Below, piece after piece: positions 21,870 to 33,468 of a DNA stretch of 64,000 nucleotides. The DNA is taken from NCBI RefSeq assembly GCF_046119375.1, contig NW_027362761.1, forward strand, positions 785,354,001-785,418,000. The letters run 5' to 3'. The stretch is from Phyllobates terribilis. Taxonomy: Eukaryota. Each line of letters opens with the position of its first letter. Within the stretch, counting starts at the first letter, position 1. The notes under the pieces are model-generated. The model was not told the origin of the DNA and did no database searches. It was given only the letters and a program-made list of their open reading frames with translations. Position numbers and translations under genes: made by a program.

Positions 21870-24830
21870 TTGTGCACGCGTCTTCTTGTGCAAAGTGGCT
21901 TCGGAGATAAGTGGCAGTTATTTCAGAGGCCATGGACTAACACCCGTCTTCTTCTCTTTTCACACAGGTACATGCTCTGCTCCTGCACAATTCCTCTGCT
22001 TGCTGTATATGCCGCAATCTAATGCTCTGCTCCCCTGATTCAACTCACTGGTAGAATTCTCTGCTTGATATTTCTGCTTTATCTGTCCCATTCCATTCAA
22101 TACTCACATATGTCTGTCCTTTCCCCACTGTAGATTTTATCTGATGTTTAGAGGTGCCAAACTGCAGAGCCTACAGAGTCCTAGCTCTGTCTTTGATCAC
22201 CCAGCCATCCCCTGGTGAGATGAGCAGCTGCTAATTTAGCCACAAGCAGCTCCCACAATGCCCCTCACCTGATGGTTTAGTGTGCCCTATATATTTAGAA
22301 GCTCCCTAAGGGGTGCACGCGTCTTCTTGTGCAAAGTGGCTACGGAGATAAGTGGCAGTTATTTCAGAGGCAGTTAGTCAGGGCAGGAGTCTGGTAACCA
22401 ACACTTTGACCACTTACTCTCTTTTAACTATGTTTCTGTTAGCTCTCACTTTTTCCTCTATAGTCCTCCACTTTCTAGTAACCCCTCAAATCCCTACACC
22501 TAGTAAGGAACTGTTCATCTCTTCCTCCATCCTCCCCATTCATCTCACCTCCTCCTCAGAATTATTCCTCAACATTCAATCGTGGATCTCCAAACACAGA
22601 CAGCCACCTCATGCTCTCTCTTGCTCCCACCTGCTAACACTTTCTCTGCTCCTCCTCACTGCTGGAGATATCTCTCCAAATCCTGGTCCTCCTCGCCATA
22701 TCCCCACAGTTACTTCTACCTCCTATCCACGACCTTCCACAAACTGTCGCAACCCTTCTAACCTCATACCCATCCAACTAATTCCCACTTCCTCAGTTGC
22801 ACTAACAGGAGCTCTATGGAACGCTCGCTCCGTCTGCAACAAACTTTCCTACATCCACAACCTTTTCATTACTAACAAACTTTCCTTCCTCGCCATCACC
22901 GAAACCTGGCTCACCCCCTCTGACACAGCCTCCCCAGCTGCACTTTTATATGGCGGATTCCACCTTTCCCACACCCCCGGCCCCAACAGCAAACATGGCG
23001 GAGGCGTAGGTTTTCTCCTGTCAGATACCTTTGCTTTCACCCAAATATCACTGCCACCCTCCGTTACACTCCCCTCTTTTGAGGTGCACTGTGTGCGCAT
23101 CTATTCCCCCTCTGACCTCCAACTGGTCATCATTTACCGACCCCCAGGGCTAGCCACCACTTTCTTAGACCACTTCACCACCTGGCTGCTTCACTTCCTT
23201 TCCGCTAACATCCCCACTATCATAATGGGCGACTTCAACATCCCCATTGACACTTCCCACTCGTCTGTCTCTAAGTTCCTATCCCTCACTTCCTCATTCG
23301 GCCTTGCTCAATGGTCTTCTGCAGCTACTCACAAAGATGGCCACACACTGGACCTCATCTTCACCCGCCTCTGTTCCCTATCTAACCTCTCTAACTCACC
23401 TCTCCCTCTCTCTGACCATAACCTCCTCACATTCTCTACCCTCTCCTCTCCAGGTGCACAATCCCCACTCCACAAACTTACACACGCTCGCAGAAACCTC
23501 AAACACCTTGACCTACACTCACTCTCTGAATCCCTCCTCCCTCTTACAGACATAAATTCCTTACACAATGCAGATGTTGCTGCCGCTTCATATAACACCA
23601 CAATAGCTGCAGCTCTCGACTCGATCGCCCCTCTCACACATACCAAATCTCGCACAATCAACAGGCAACCCTGGCACACCAAACTTACTAAAGACCTGTG
23701 ACGGGCCTCCAGGGTTGCGGAGCGGAGATGGAAAAGGTCTCACTCCATCGAGCACTTCATCGCATTCAAACAATCCCTCACTATTTTCAAGTCTGCACTC
23801 ACTACAGCAAAACAAACCTACTTCTCATCTCTCATATCCTCCCTGTCTCACAACCCTAAACAGCTATTTAACACTTTCAATTCTCTCCTTCGTCCCCCAG
23901 CACCTCCTCCCTCTTCTCTCATCTCAGCCGAAGACTTTGCCTCATTCTTCAAGCAGAAGATTGACACCATCAGACAAAGATTTTGCCTAAAGTCCGCACA
24001 ACCCCTCCTCATATCTACTCAACCTTCCTCCTCCAAACCGCACTTTTCCACCATTACAGAAGGTCAAGTCTCCCCTTTACTCTCCAAATCACACCTCACC
24101 ACCTGCGAACTTGACCCCATCCCATCCCACCTCACCCCTTACCTTACCACAGTCTTCATCCCAACCCTAACCCACCTCTTCAACCTGTCACTAACAACCG
24201 GTGTCTTCCCCTCATGTTTCAAACATGCCGCAATCACACCCATCCTCAAAAAGCCCTCCCTTGACCCATCCTCTCTGACTAGATACCGTCCCATATCACT
24301 TCTCCCCTTTGCCTCAAAATTACTTGAACAACATGTCCACCTTGAACTGTCCTCCCACCTCTCCTCCTGTTCCCTCTTCGACCGCCTACAATCTGGTTTC
24401 CGACCGCATCACTCGACTGAAACTGCCCTGACCAAAGTCACCAACGACCTACTAACAGCCAAATCCAAGCGACACTACTCCATCCTCCTCCTTTTGGACC
24501 TGTCATCTGCCTTCGACACAGTGGACCATTCCCTCTTACTACAGATTCTCTCATCTCTTGGCATCACGGACTTGGCCCTATCTTGGATCTCCTCATACTT
24601 AACAGACAGGACATTCAGCGTCTCCCACTCACGCACCACCTCCTCATCTCGCCCCCTGTCGGTGTCCCCCAAAGTTCAGTTCTAGGACCTCTGCTCTTCT
24701 CCATCTACACCTTTGGCCTGGGACAGCTCATAGAGTCTCACGGCATTCAGTATCACCTCTATGCTGATGACACACAGATCTACCTCTCTGGAACCGATAT
24801 CTCCTCCCTACTAACCAAAAGGACCAGGTA
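21870..24830 (+). mobile_element. L2-clade LINE: 5' region plus ORF2 (2A-like leader, AP endonuclease, RT up to YADD), 3'-truncated
   Basis: APE motifs WNARS, ITETWL, GGGVG, IYRPP, GDFN, LDL, SDH. RT motifs [29 protein letters not shown]. Stop at 23699 and later frameshifts. Confidence 0.9.
22601..22690 (+). other. 2A-like (StopGo) peptide ...SHLLTLSLLLLTAGDISPNPG|P
   Basis: In-frame GDISPNPGP at 22664-22690, preceded by a Leu-rich helix and upstream of the APE domain. Confidence 0.75.
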
Positions 24831-27800
24831 GAGGCCTTACATATCTCTTCAATGGAGACATCCGATTTCTCAGCCCAGAAGGTCGCCACGGCCTTAGTGG
24901 AATGGGCTCTCAGACCTTTTGGTACTTCCTCTCCGCTTGACAAGTAGGCAAGAGCGATGGCATCCCTTATCCATCTGGTGATAGTAGGCTTTGAGGCCCT
25001 ACACCCCTTCCTAACGCCCTCGTGACCTATGAAAAGGGACCTATCTTTCCTATAATTTTCAGTGACCGAAAGATACTTAATAATGCATCTCTTTACATCT
25101 AACGTATGTCATTTTTCTTCCTTCTGGTTCTTTGGACAGGAACAGAAGGTGGGCAGGACTATCTCCTGAGTTCTGTGAAAGCGAGTTGCTACTTTGGGAA
25201 GATAAGCCGGGTCTGGTTTAAGGATTACTCTATCCTCTAGAATTTGAGTAATTGAGCTTGAATGTCGCTCACTCTCCTGGCTGATATCAATGCACTAAAA
25301 GGGCTGTTTTTAAGGAAATTAGTTTAAGGGATGCTGATTCTAAGGGCTCAAAAGGCGGGTTAGTCAGGGTAGTCAAGTCTAAGTTTAAATCCCAAGGCAT
25401 TAGTTTTGATTTAACAATGCGTCTAGATCTAAACCATGCTTTAAGTAATTTGCTGCCAAATCATAGGTAAATAAGGCACCAAGTGCTGAGACTTGAACAT
25501 TCAGGGTATTAGTAGACAACCCCCACTCCAGTCCTTTTTGTAGGAATTCTAATATCTTTCCTATAGGTGCCCCCTCTTCCACTCTAACACCTGAAAAGGT
25601 TAAGTTAACTGTCTCCAAGTTCTGGCATAAATACGTGTAGTAACTGGCTTTCTACTACATAAAAGAGTGTTTATGAGGTTTGATGAGAACCCTTTATTTT
25701 TTAATAACGGCCTTTCAAATTCCACGCCGTAAGATCTAGTCCTGGCGCTGGAGGATGAACAATCGGCTCCTGCGAGAGGAGGTTCGGGATCTCTGGTAGG
25801 ATCCAAGGGTCTGTTACCGACATCTCTCTTAGGCAGGAGAACCAAGGTTCTTGGGCCAGAAGGGAGCTATGAGTATGACCTGTGCTCTGTCTGCCCTGAC
25901 TTTCCTTATGACAACTGGAAGTAGGGATGCAGGAGGAAACGCATAAGCCAGGCTGAACTTCCAGGGAATTAGGAGAGAGTCCACCATCAGGGGATCCTTC
26001 CTTGAATTTAGGGAACAAAATTCTCTCACCTTCCGATTCTGCTTGGTGGCCAACAGATCCACTACGGGAAGACCCCACATCAGAACTATCTGAGAAAAGA
26101 TCTGTGAATTCAGCACCCATTCTCCCTCTTTTAAAATATTGCGGCTCAGGAAGTCTGCCTTAGTGTTTTCCTTTCCTTTTAAATGTAAGGCAGTAAGGGA
26201 GAGTAAATGACTTTCTGCCTTCTATAACAGCTTGTCCGCAACTTTCATCAGATTTTTTGGTTTGGTACCCCCTTGGTGGTTTATATAAGCCATGGATAAA
26301 CGGTTGTCTGATAGCACCCTGACGTTCCTGCCCTGTAGAGATACAAGTAACCCGCTTACTGCTCGATCCACTGCCAGCAGTTCTTTAACATTACAGGAAA
26401 ATTTTTTCTCTTCCACCATCCAAACTCCCTGGACTATTTCACCATCTAGATGGGCTCTCCAACCCGTGGGACTTGCGTCTGTGGTTAAAACATGGGTCGG
26501 ATTTAACCCCCAGGGGAACCCCCTGGACAGGTTCCCACTGTCCAGCCACCACCGAAGGGATTGTGTTGAGCGAGGGGATAAGGTTAAGTTACCTTCAAGA
26601 TACCCACCGAGGATTGACTCGTTATACAGCATGTCCCACTGAAGGGTTCTAGAGTGGAATTGGGCCCATAAGACTGCAGGGGAAACAGGACATTGAGGTG
26701 TCTAATAAAGACATTGCCCTTTGAAGAGTCATAGAGGGCTTATCTATGGCTTCCTTCACCTGATGCTGAATCATTTTAACTTTCAAGGCCGGTAGATGTC
26801 ACACCTGTCTTTCTGAATCTAGAATGACTGGCAGAAACTGTTGGGCTTTCATGGGTACTAGCTTGGAATTTGGTAAATTTAATAACCAACCCAGGGTTGC
26901 TAAGATGGACATTATCTCCACTAAATGGGCTTCACATTGATGGAAGGAACTACCCACTACGAGGAAATCATCGAGATAGGGGATGATAAGAATATCTTTT
27001 TCTCTAACATGAGCCATAGCTTCCCCCACCACCTTAGTGAAAATTCTAGGTGCTACAGCTAGACCAAAGGGAAGGGACGTGTATTGGAAATGTTTAATTA
27101 CACCCTCCATCTTGACTGTCACCCTTAGGTATTTTTGACAGTCCTCGTGAATGGGTATGTGATAGTACGCATCTTTAAGATCTAAGACTGCCATGTAACA
27201 ACTTGGAAAAATAAATTTTATTGCTGCGTTCAAAGACTCCATTTTGTATGAGACTTTTGTCTCAGAGAGGAGTTCACACAGGCAGGTTCCTGTTATGACG
27301 AGAAACGCCTTAACATGGCTACCAGATACACATGAATTGGCCAATTTATGCTCTAAGATTTCTCATTTATTTCTATTTTCTAGAGCATACTTAGCGTTGC
27401 AGAGTGCTACTTTGTTTGTTAGTTATTTATGGAGGTAGCTGCTCCTAGTAAGCACCAGTATTCACCTATTTCTTGTTTTGGAAGTGCCGGTCAGTTTTTC
27501 TCTGTTTCTGTGTATAAGCTTTGACTAAGCACTCTGCCTCTATGCCACAGCAGGATCTTATTATCCCACACACAAGCAGACTTATGTCTCTTAGAGAGTT
27601 CACACAGGCAGATTCCTGGTATGACGAGAAATGCCTTAACGTGGCTACCAGGTACACATGAATTTGCCAATTCATGCGCTAAGATTTCTCATTTATTTCT
27701 ATTTTCTAGAGCAGTAATGCTATTCAAATTTCATATATTTCATGTTCGCATACTTAGCGTTGAAGTGTGCTACTTTGTTTGTTAGTTATATGTGGAGGTA

Positions 27801-29390
27801 ACTGCTCCTAGTAAGCACCTGTACACACCTATTTCTTGTTTTGGAAGTGCCGGTCAGTTTTTTCTGTTTCTATGTAGGTAGGTAAGGACACCGAAGGAAA
27901 ACCTTTTTTAGAATCCCCTGCCTTTTCCAGTATTTCATCCGTAGCAGGACCGAACAGGTACTCTCCTTCACAGGGGATAGAACACAATCTGAATCTGGCT
28001 TATGTGTCTCCCGGCCAACATTTAGGCAATAAGGCCCGACGGGCAGCATTTGACAGGGCGGCCGACCTTGCTGCCAATCTTACAGAGTCAGTAGATGCCT
28101 CGGCAAGGAAGGCTGCAGCACCCTGAATGAGAGGAATGGTAGACAGGATCTGTTTTCTTGACACCCCCTCTTTTGACTGAGTTCCTAACTGCTCCAACCA
28201 AATCATTAAAGACCTGGAAGTGCAGGTAGCCACCACCGCTGATTTCAAGGCGCCTGCTGCAGTTTCCCAGGTACCTTTTAGAAAGGTATCCACTCTCCTA
28301 TCTAGTGGGTCTTTCAATGCCCCCATATCATCAAAGGGCAAGGAGGATTTTCTGGAGGCTTTAGTTATGGCCACATCTAGTTTAGGACCTTTGGACCAGG
28401 AGGAGGATGAAGTATCTTCAAACTAGGGATAATTCCTTTTGAATAAGGGTGGTATAGAACCTTTTCTTTCTGGTTTCTTCCACTCTCTCTTAATTTACCC
28501 TTGTATCTTACTATTCAAAGGAAAGCAATTTTTTTTTTATGATCTAAGCCCCTGAACATCACATCCTCCACCGATCTTTCTGACCTAGTGTCCACAATGC
28601 CCATGGTGGCACGGACGGCCTTGACTAGTGCGTCCACTTCGTTCCAAGGAAAGCAATGACGACCCGAGTCACTATCTGAAGAGGAAGTTGACTGAGAGGG
28701 TTCATCCGAATTTTCAGTAACAATGGAAAAGGAAGAGTTTCCAGGCACTGGAGAAGGCTCCCTTTCTCGCCTACTCTTTTTAGAAAGGGCCTTACCTATT
28801 TCATCCTTAATCAGGGGATCTTAAACCAAAAGAGAAAATGGGGTTTCTTCAGCCACTGTTTGGTCAATACACGATTGACAGAGCTTTCTTTTTAGGTAGG
28901 AGGCAGCCATGCCTCCATTCGCGTCACCCGGCCATGCGTCAGCAAGCACCGCCCCGTCACTCAGCCATGTCATCTGGCCACGCCTGCCATGTCACCCGCC
29001 GGCACCGCACAAATTTCCTGTTTGCGCAGATGGGGGGGGGGGGACTTCTGGACTCGCAGGGATTAAACACCCGCGGTCCAAGCCACGCGTGAGCAGCACG
29101 TCCCCAGGCAGGGGACGCCGATCAGACCCCGAATGCTCATGGAGCAGGCCCCCCTTGAGCCCACAGTGGCGTCTCCAGGGACCCCGGACCGACCGAGGCA
29201 GAGAAGGCATCCCTGCCTGAACCGGCCAGGCAGCTTCTTTCTTGCGACAAGTAAGCCTGCACAGGTTTCCATCAAGGACAGGAAACCAAACTGAGGCGGG
29301 AGAGAGATGCCGCCCTTTTAAGCCTGTCGGCTTCCTGTCCTTGGTGGGCAGATCCCCTCTCTTATGGTGCTGTCATGGGTGAACAAATAA
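24831..29390 (-). mobile_element. Degraded DIRS retrotransposon (gag, RT, RNase H, methyltransferase-like, tyrosine recombinase), 3'-truncated
   Basis: RT: LDLKDAYYH, LPFG, YLDD. RH: TDAS...ELLAV...SDN. MT: VDL.A...AYAFPP...APFWP. YR: AHSTKAVAT. Terminus ~29320-29390. Confidence 0.9.
27250..27870 (+). repeat. Two tandem ~326-bp units inserted in the DIRS, Penelope pLTR-like
   Basis: 27270-27510 is repeated at 27595-27870. Each unit has an ATGACGA-GAAA hammerhead-like core. Confidence 0.6.
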
Positions 29391-30384
29391 ATAAAGGTTC
29401 TTAGCACATAAATTGGCCAATTCATGTATGCCCATCAACCATGTCAAGGGCTATAAGCATACAATTTGCTGGCTCCTATCTGCCCATTTAAATTGTAGGC
29501 TTATAGCCCAGGAGAGGCATGTTTGATAAGTATCATGATAGGTATCCATCAGAGAAAAGTCACTTTGCTGTGGTTGATTGGCATATTTATGCGCCAAGAG
29601 CCTATTGTAAGTCCATTTGGCAACAATGAGTGCATGAGATCTAAACTGCAGTGTGTTTGCATATAGCTTGGCCCTTAGAGTGCGGCAGTGTTTTTTTGAA
29701 GGCCTAAGATAGGAGCATAGCAAGGTATGTGACCCCGACGTCTCTGCCTTCTGGGGTAATCCGTGGGACAGTGAGACTAGGACACCCCCTAGTTCGAGGG
29801 ATCAGGTAAGCGCCCACAGTCCCTAGTCACTGTGTGAGATTACCTTTATATCAATTTACAAAATGCAGCTATTCATACTTCTATTTTCGGAAGCATTTTC
29901 AGTACGTCAACTGGAAGACAGAAAAAGATTAAAAATTTTTTTAAAAAAAAACAACACACCTTTGTGAGTTTGACTGAAGCAGAGGTCCTATGTGTACACC
30001 TCTGCTCCATTCATAGTCTATGGTACTTGCGAGAACGATTAAGAGTTGCACTTTGCTTTCTCTGACACTCCCAAAGACAATTAATAGAACAGCAGTGCAC
30101 ATGGACCATCAATTAAACTCAAAAGGAAGTACAGTAATAAAAAAAAAAATAGAATTAGACTTACCGGTAATTCGGTTTCTAATAACCCACCACGACAGCA
30201 CACAGGAGGATGTAACCCCACTCTAATAGGGACAGGAAATACGAAAAGGTTTAAATAGCCCCTCCCACATCCTCCCTCCAGTGTTATTACAAAGGACCAC
30301 AAGAGTATAGATTCTTCAAATTAATTTTTATTTCTACTGATCAAGCTGTCGTAGAAACAATAAGCGAGGGGGAGAGAATTAACC

Positions 30385-30473
30385 GTGCTGTCGTGGTGGG
30401 TTATTAGAAACCGAATTACCGGTAAGTCTAATTCTATTTTCTCTAATAACCCCCCACGACAGTACACAGGAGG
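30385..30473. repeat. DIRS internal complementary region (ICR)
   Basis: 30385-30440 is a perfect 56-bp reverse complement of 30146-30201. 30439-30473 matches the reverse complement of the 36992 terminus. Confidence 0.9.
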
Positions 30474-30544
30474 TATACCAAAGATATACTAGGGAGGGAC
30501 AATAGCCTGAAGGACCTTCCTTCCGAAGGCTAAATCTCCAACAG

Positions 30545-31924
30545 ACATTAGGTCTAGTCAGTAGTGTTTGGAGAAAGTATGAATTGAGGACCATGTGGCA
30601 GCTCAGCAAATCTGTTCGATGGATGAGCTGGCTTTTTCAGCCCAGGGGACAGATATCGCCTTTGTAGAATGGGCCTTGAGCTTTGTTGGAGGAGGTAGAT
30701 CCTGGATCTGGTAAGCCTCCGTAATGGCCCTCTTAATCCAGTTGGCTATTGTGGATTTTGCTGCTTTCTTTCCTCTGTTTGGAACGTGCGTATGGACAAA
30801 TAGGTTCTTCTCTTTCCTTCCTTCTTCTCTTTCCTGAAGATAGTGCAGTACTATTCTCCAAACGTCCAGAGTGTGGAATTCCATCTCTTTTTTGTCTTTT
30901 GGGTTGTCACAAAAAGATGGCAGGATTATCTCCTGAGATCTGTGGAAATTTGAGACCACCTTAGGTAGAAATGAAGGGTCAAGTTGGAAAATTAGACGAT
31001 CTTCCAGGATTCTCAGGTAGGGTTCGTTGACCGAAAGGGCCTGTAGTTCACACACTCTTCTGGCTGTAGTTATTGCCACCAGGAAAGCCGTTTTCCAGGA
31101 CAGCCTGTCCAGTCTTATGGTTGATAAGGGCTCAAAGGGTGGAAGGGTTAACTCTTTCAGAACAATGTTAAGGTCCCAGGGGGGAACCAGGTCTGTTACT
31201 CTAGGGTGGATGCGGGTGGCTGCTGTCATAAATCTTCTCACCCACTGATGTTCCGCTAGCTTTGATCGAAGTATGAACTTAACGCCGCTACGTGGACCTT
31301 AAGAGTACTAGGTCTGAGACCTTTGTCCAGATCTTCTTGTAAAAAGTCTAGAATCTGAGCCACATCAGCCCTATGAGGGTCTGGGCGAGTGGGTGCACAC
31401 CACCTTAAGAAGGTTTTCCAGATCTTATGGTAAATGGTGTTCGTTACAGGTTTCCTGCTCTTCTGGAGAGTTTTGATGACTTTCTCTGAGAGGCTTCTTG
31501 TTTTTAATATCAGGAATTCAGAAGCCAGGCAGTTAGGTGTAGTCTCTCGGGATCCGGATGGTGAATCGGTCCCTGGAGAAGGAGATCCTTGATGGGAGGA
31601 AGGATTAGAGTGCTCTCCACACTTAGACTGGTTAACATTCTGAACCAACTTCTTTTTGGCCAGTGAGGGGCCACTAGGATTACTCTGGTCACTTCGGTCC
31701 TTATCTTCTGTAAGGTTTTTGAAAGGATAGGTAATGGGGGAAAGGCATACGCTAGTTTGAATTCCCATTTGTAAGCGAATGCGTCCATGCCCAGGCAAGG
31801 GCCGTTTGGATCCAGGGAGAAATATTGAGGTACTTTTGCGTTCTGGTGTCCGGCGAAGAGATCTACCTCTGGATAGCCCCATCTCTCGACTAACATCTGG
31901 AAGACGTCTGGGTTTAGGCTCCAC
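30545..31924 (-). pseudogene. DIRS tyrosine recombinase (interrupted)
   Basis: ORFs 31256-31924 and 30603-31241 contain TARRVCELQAL and AHSTKA, then IC*AATWSSIHTFSKHY* with in-frame stops. Confidence 0.85.
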
Positions 31925-33045
31925 TCTCCTGGATGAATCTTTGTTCTGCTTAATAATTCAGCCTGGATATTGACTGAACCTTTGATATGAAGAGCCGACA
32001 AGGATAGAAGATGTTCTTCGGCCCAGGAGAATATTCTTGCCGAGATTGCTTTTAAGCTTTCGTATCTTGTGCCCCCTTGATGACGAAGGTGGGCTACCGT
32101 GGTGATGTTGTCTGAAAATATCTGAATGTGAGATTTCTGGACCAGAGGCTCTGCTGCTCTGAGGACTTTCTCTACGGCTTTTAGTTCTCTGAAATTTGAT
32201 GAGCGTTGGCTAACCCCTTTGGTCCATATACCCTGGAATAGCTCTTGGGAGACCATGACTCCCCATCCCTTTTCGCTGGCATCCACCTTTATGGTTACTA
32301 GCGGATTCTGGATCCATGGTACTCCTCTGTTCAGATTTTTTTCGTTCAGCCACCAGAATAGAGAAGTCCTTACTCGTGGTGGTATAGGGATTCTCCTGTT
32401 CAGAGACCGTGGGGATCCATCCCAATTCGTAAGGATGTGGGTCTGTAATGTTCGAGTATGCGCCTGAGCCCAGGCCACCATCTGAATACAGGATGTCATA
32501 GACCCGAGGACCGACCTGGCGTCTCTTAATGATACTGATCTTCTGCTCTTTAGGACGTTGATTTTTGCTTTTATCATGACCTGTTTTTGTTTGGGCAGGA
32601 ATGACATCTGGCTGTGGGAATCCAATAGTACTCCTAGAAATGTTTTTGTCATGGAGGGAACCATATCGGATATTTTCTGGTTCACTAACCAGCCCAGACA
32701 TGATAGGATCTGAGTGGTCAACCGTAGATGTTCTCGGAGTACTGGTACTGAGGGCCCGATTAATAACAGGTCATCGAGGTATGGTACTATTGAAATGTTC
32801 TGACCCCTGATATAAGCTATGACTTCTGCCATGACTTTTGTAAATATTTGCGGGGCTGATGAAATTCCAAATGGGAGAACATTGAATTGATAGAGGACTA
32901 TTTGATCCCCCTGAGCCACTGCAAATCTTAGGAACCTCCTGTGAAGTGGATGTATGGGGATGTGGTAATATGCATCCTGGAGGTCGATTGTGGCCATGAC
33001 ATGGTCCTGTCCTATCAGGGGGACCGTCGACCTGATGGATTCCAT
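31510..33045 (-). CDS. DIRS reverse transcriptase - RNase H - methyltransferase-like ORF (511 aa open)
   Basis: IDLQDAYYH, LPFGISSAP, YLDD, VDASEKGWG, SNFRELKAV, FSDN, VDLFA, AYAFPP. The RT N-terminus is frameshifted at the T-run near 33120. Confidence 0.85.
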   Translation of the reverse strand: MESIRSTVPLIGQDHVMATIDLQDAYYHIPIHPLHRRFLRFAVAQGDQIVLYQFNVLPFGISSAPQIFTKVMAEVIAYIRGQNISIVPYLDDLLLIGPSVPVLREHLRLTTQILSCLGWLVNQKISDMVPSMTKTFLGVLLDSHSQMSFLPKQKQVMIKAKINVLKSRRSVSLRDARSVLGSMTSCIQMVAWAQAHTRTLQTHILTNWDGSPRSLNRRIPIPPRVRTSLFWWLNEKNLNRGVPWIQNPLVTIKVDASEKGWGVMVSQELFQGIWTKGVSQRSSNFRELKAVEKVLRAAEPLVQKSHIQIFSDNITTVAHLRHQGGTRYESLKAISARIFSWAEEHLLSLSALHIKGSVNIQAELLSRTKIHPGEWSLNPDVFQMLVERWGYPEVDLFAGHQNAKVPQYFSLDPNGPCLGMDAFAYKWEFKLAYAFPPLPILSKTLQKIRTEVTRVILVAPHWPKRSWFRMLTSLSVESTLILPPIKDLLLQGPIHHPDPERLHLTAWLLNS

Positions 33046-33468
33046 TTTGAATCGTTGGTAGTGGATATACTGATTCAGTGGCCTTAGATTGATTATAACT
33101 CTGTGTGAGCCATTTGTTTTTTTTTATTAGGAAGAGTCTGGAATAATGTCGTGTGACTATCTCTCTTGTAGGAACCAGGGATATCACCCCCTGAGGACAA
33201 TAGGTCTGTAAGACCGGATATTAGGGTGGCCTGACGACTCTGAGAGGAGAGCGGTGTTAACCTTATCCTCTCTGGAGGATAGGAGGAGAAATTTATTTTT
33301 ACTCCGAACTCGACAACCCTCAGGACCCATGGGTCTGAGCAGATTTCTTTCCACTGAGGGAGAAAATTCGAGATGCGGCCCCCGACTGTCCTGACGTCAT
33401 GGGCTGTTCTGACGTTGGTTTTGGGAGAGAAAAAGATTTTTGCCTCCTCTACCTTTTGGGTAGCTCCA

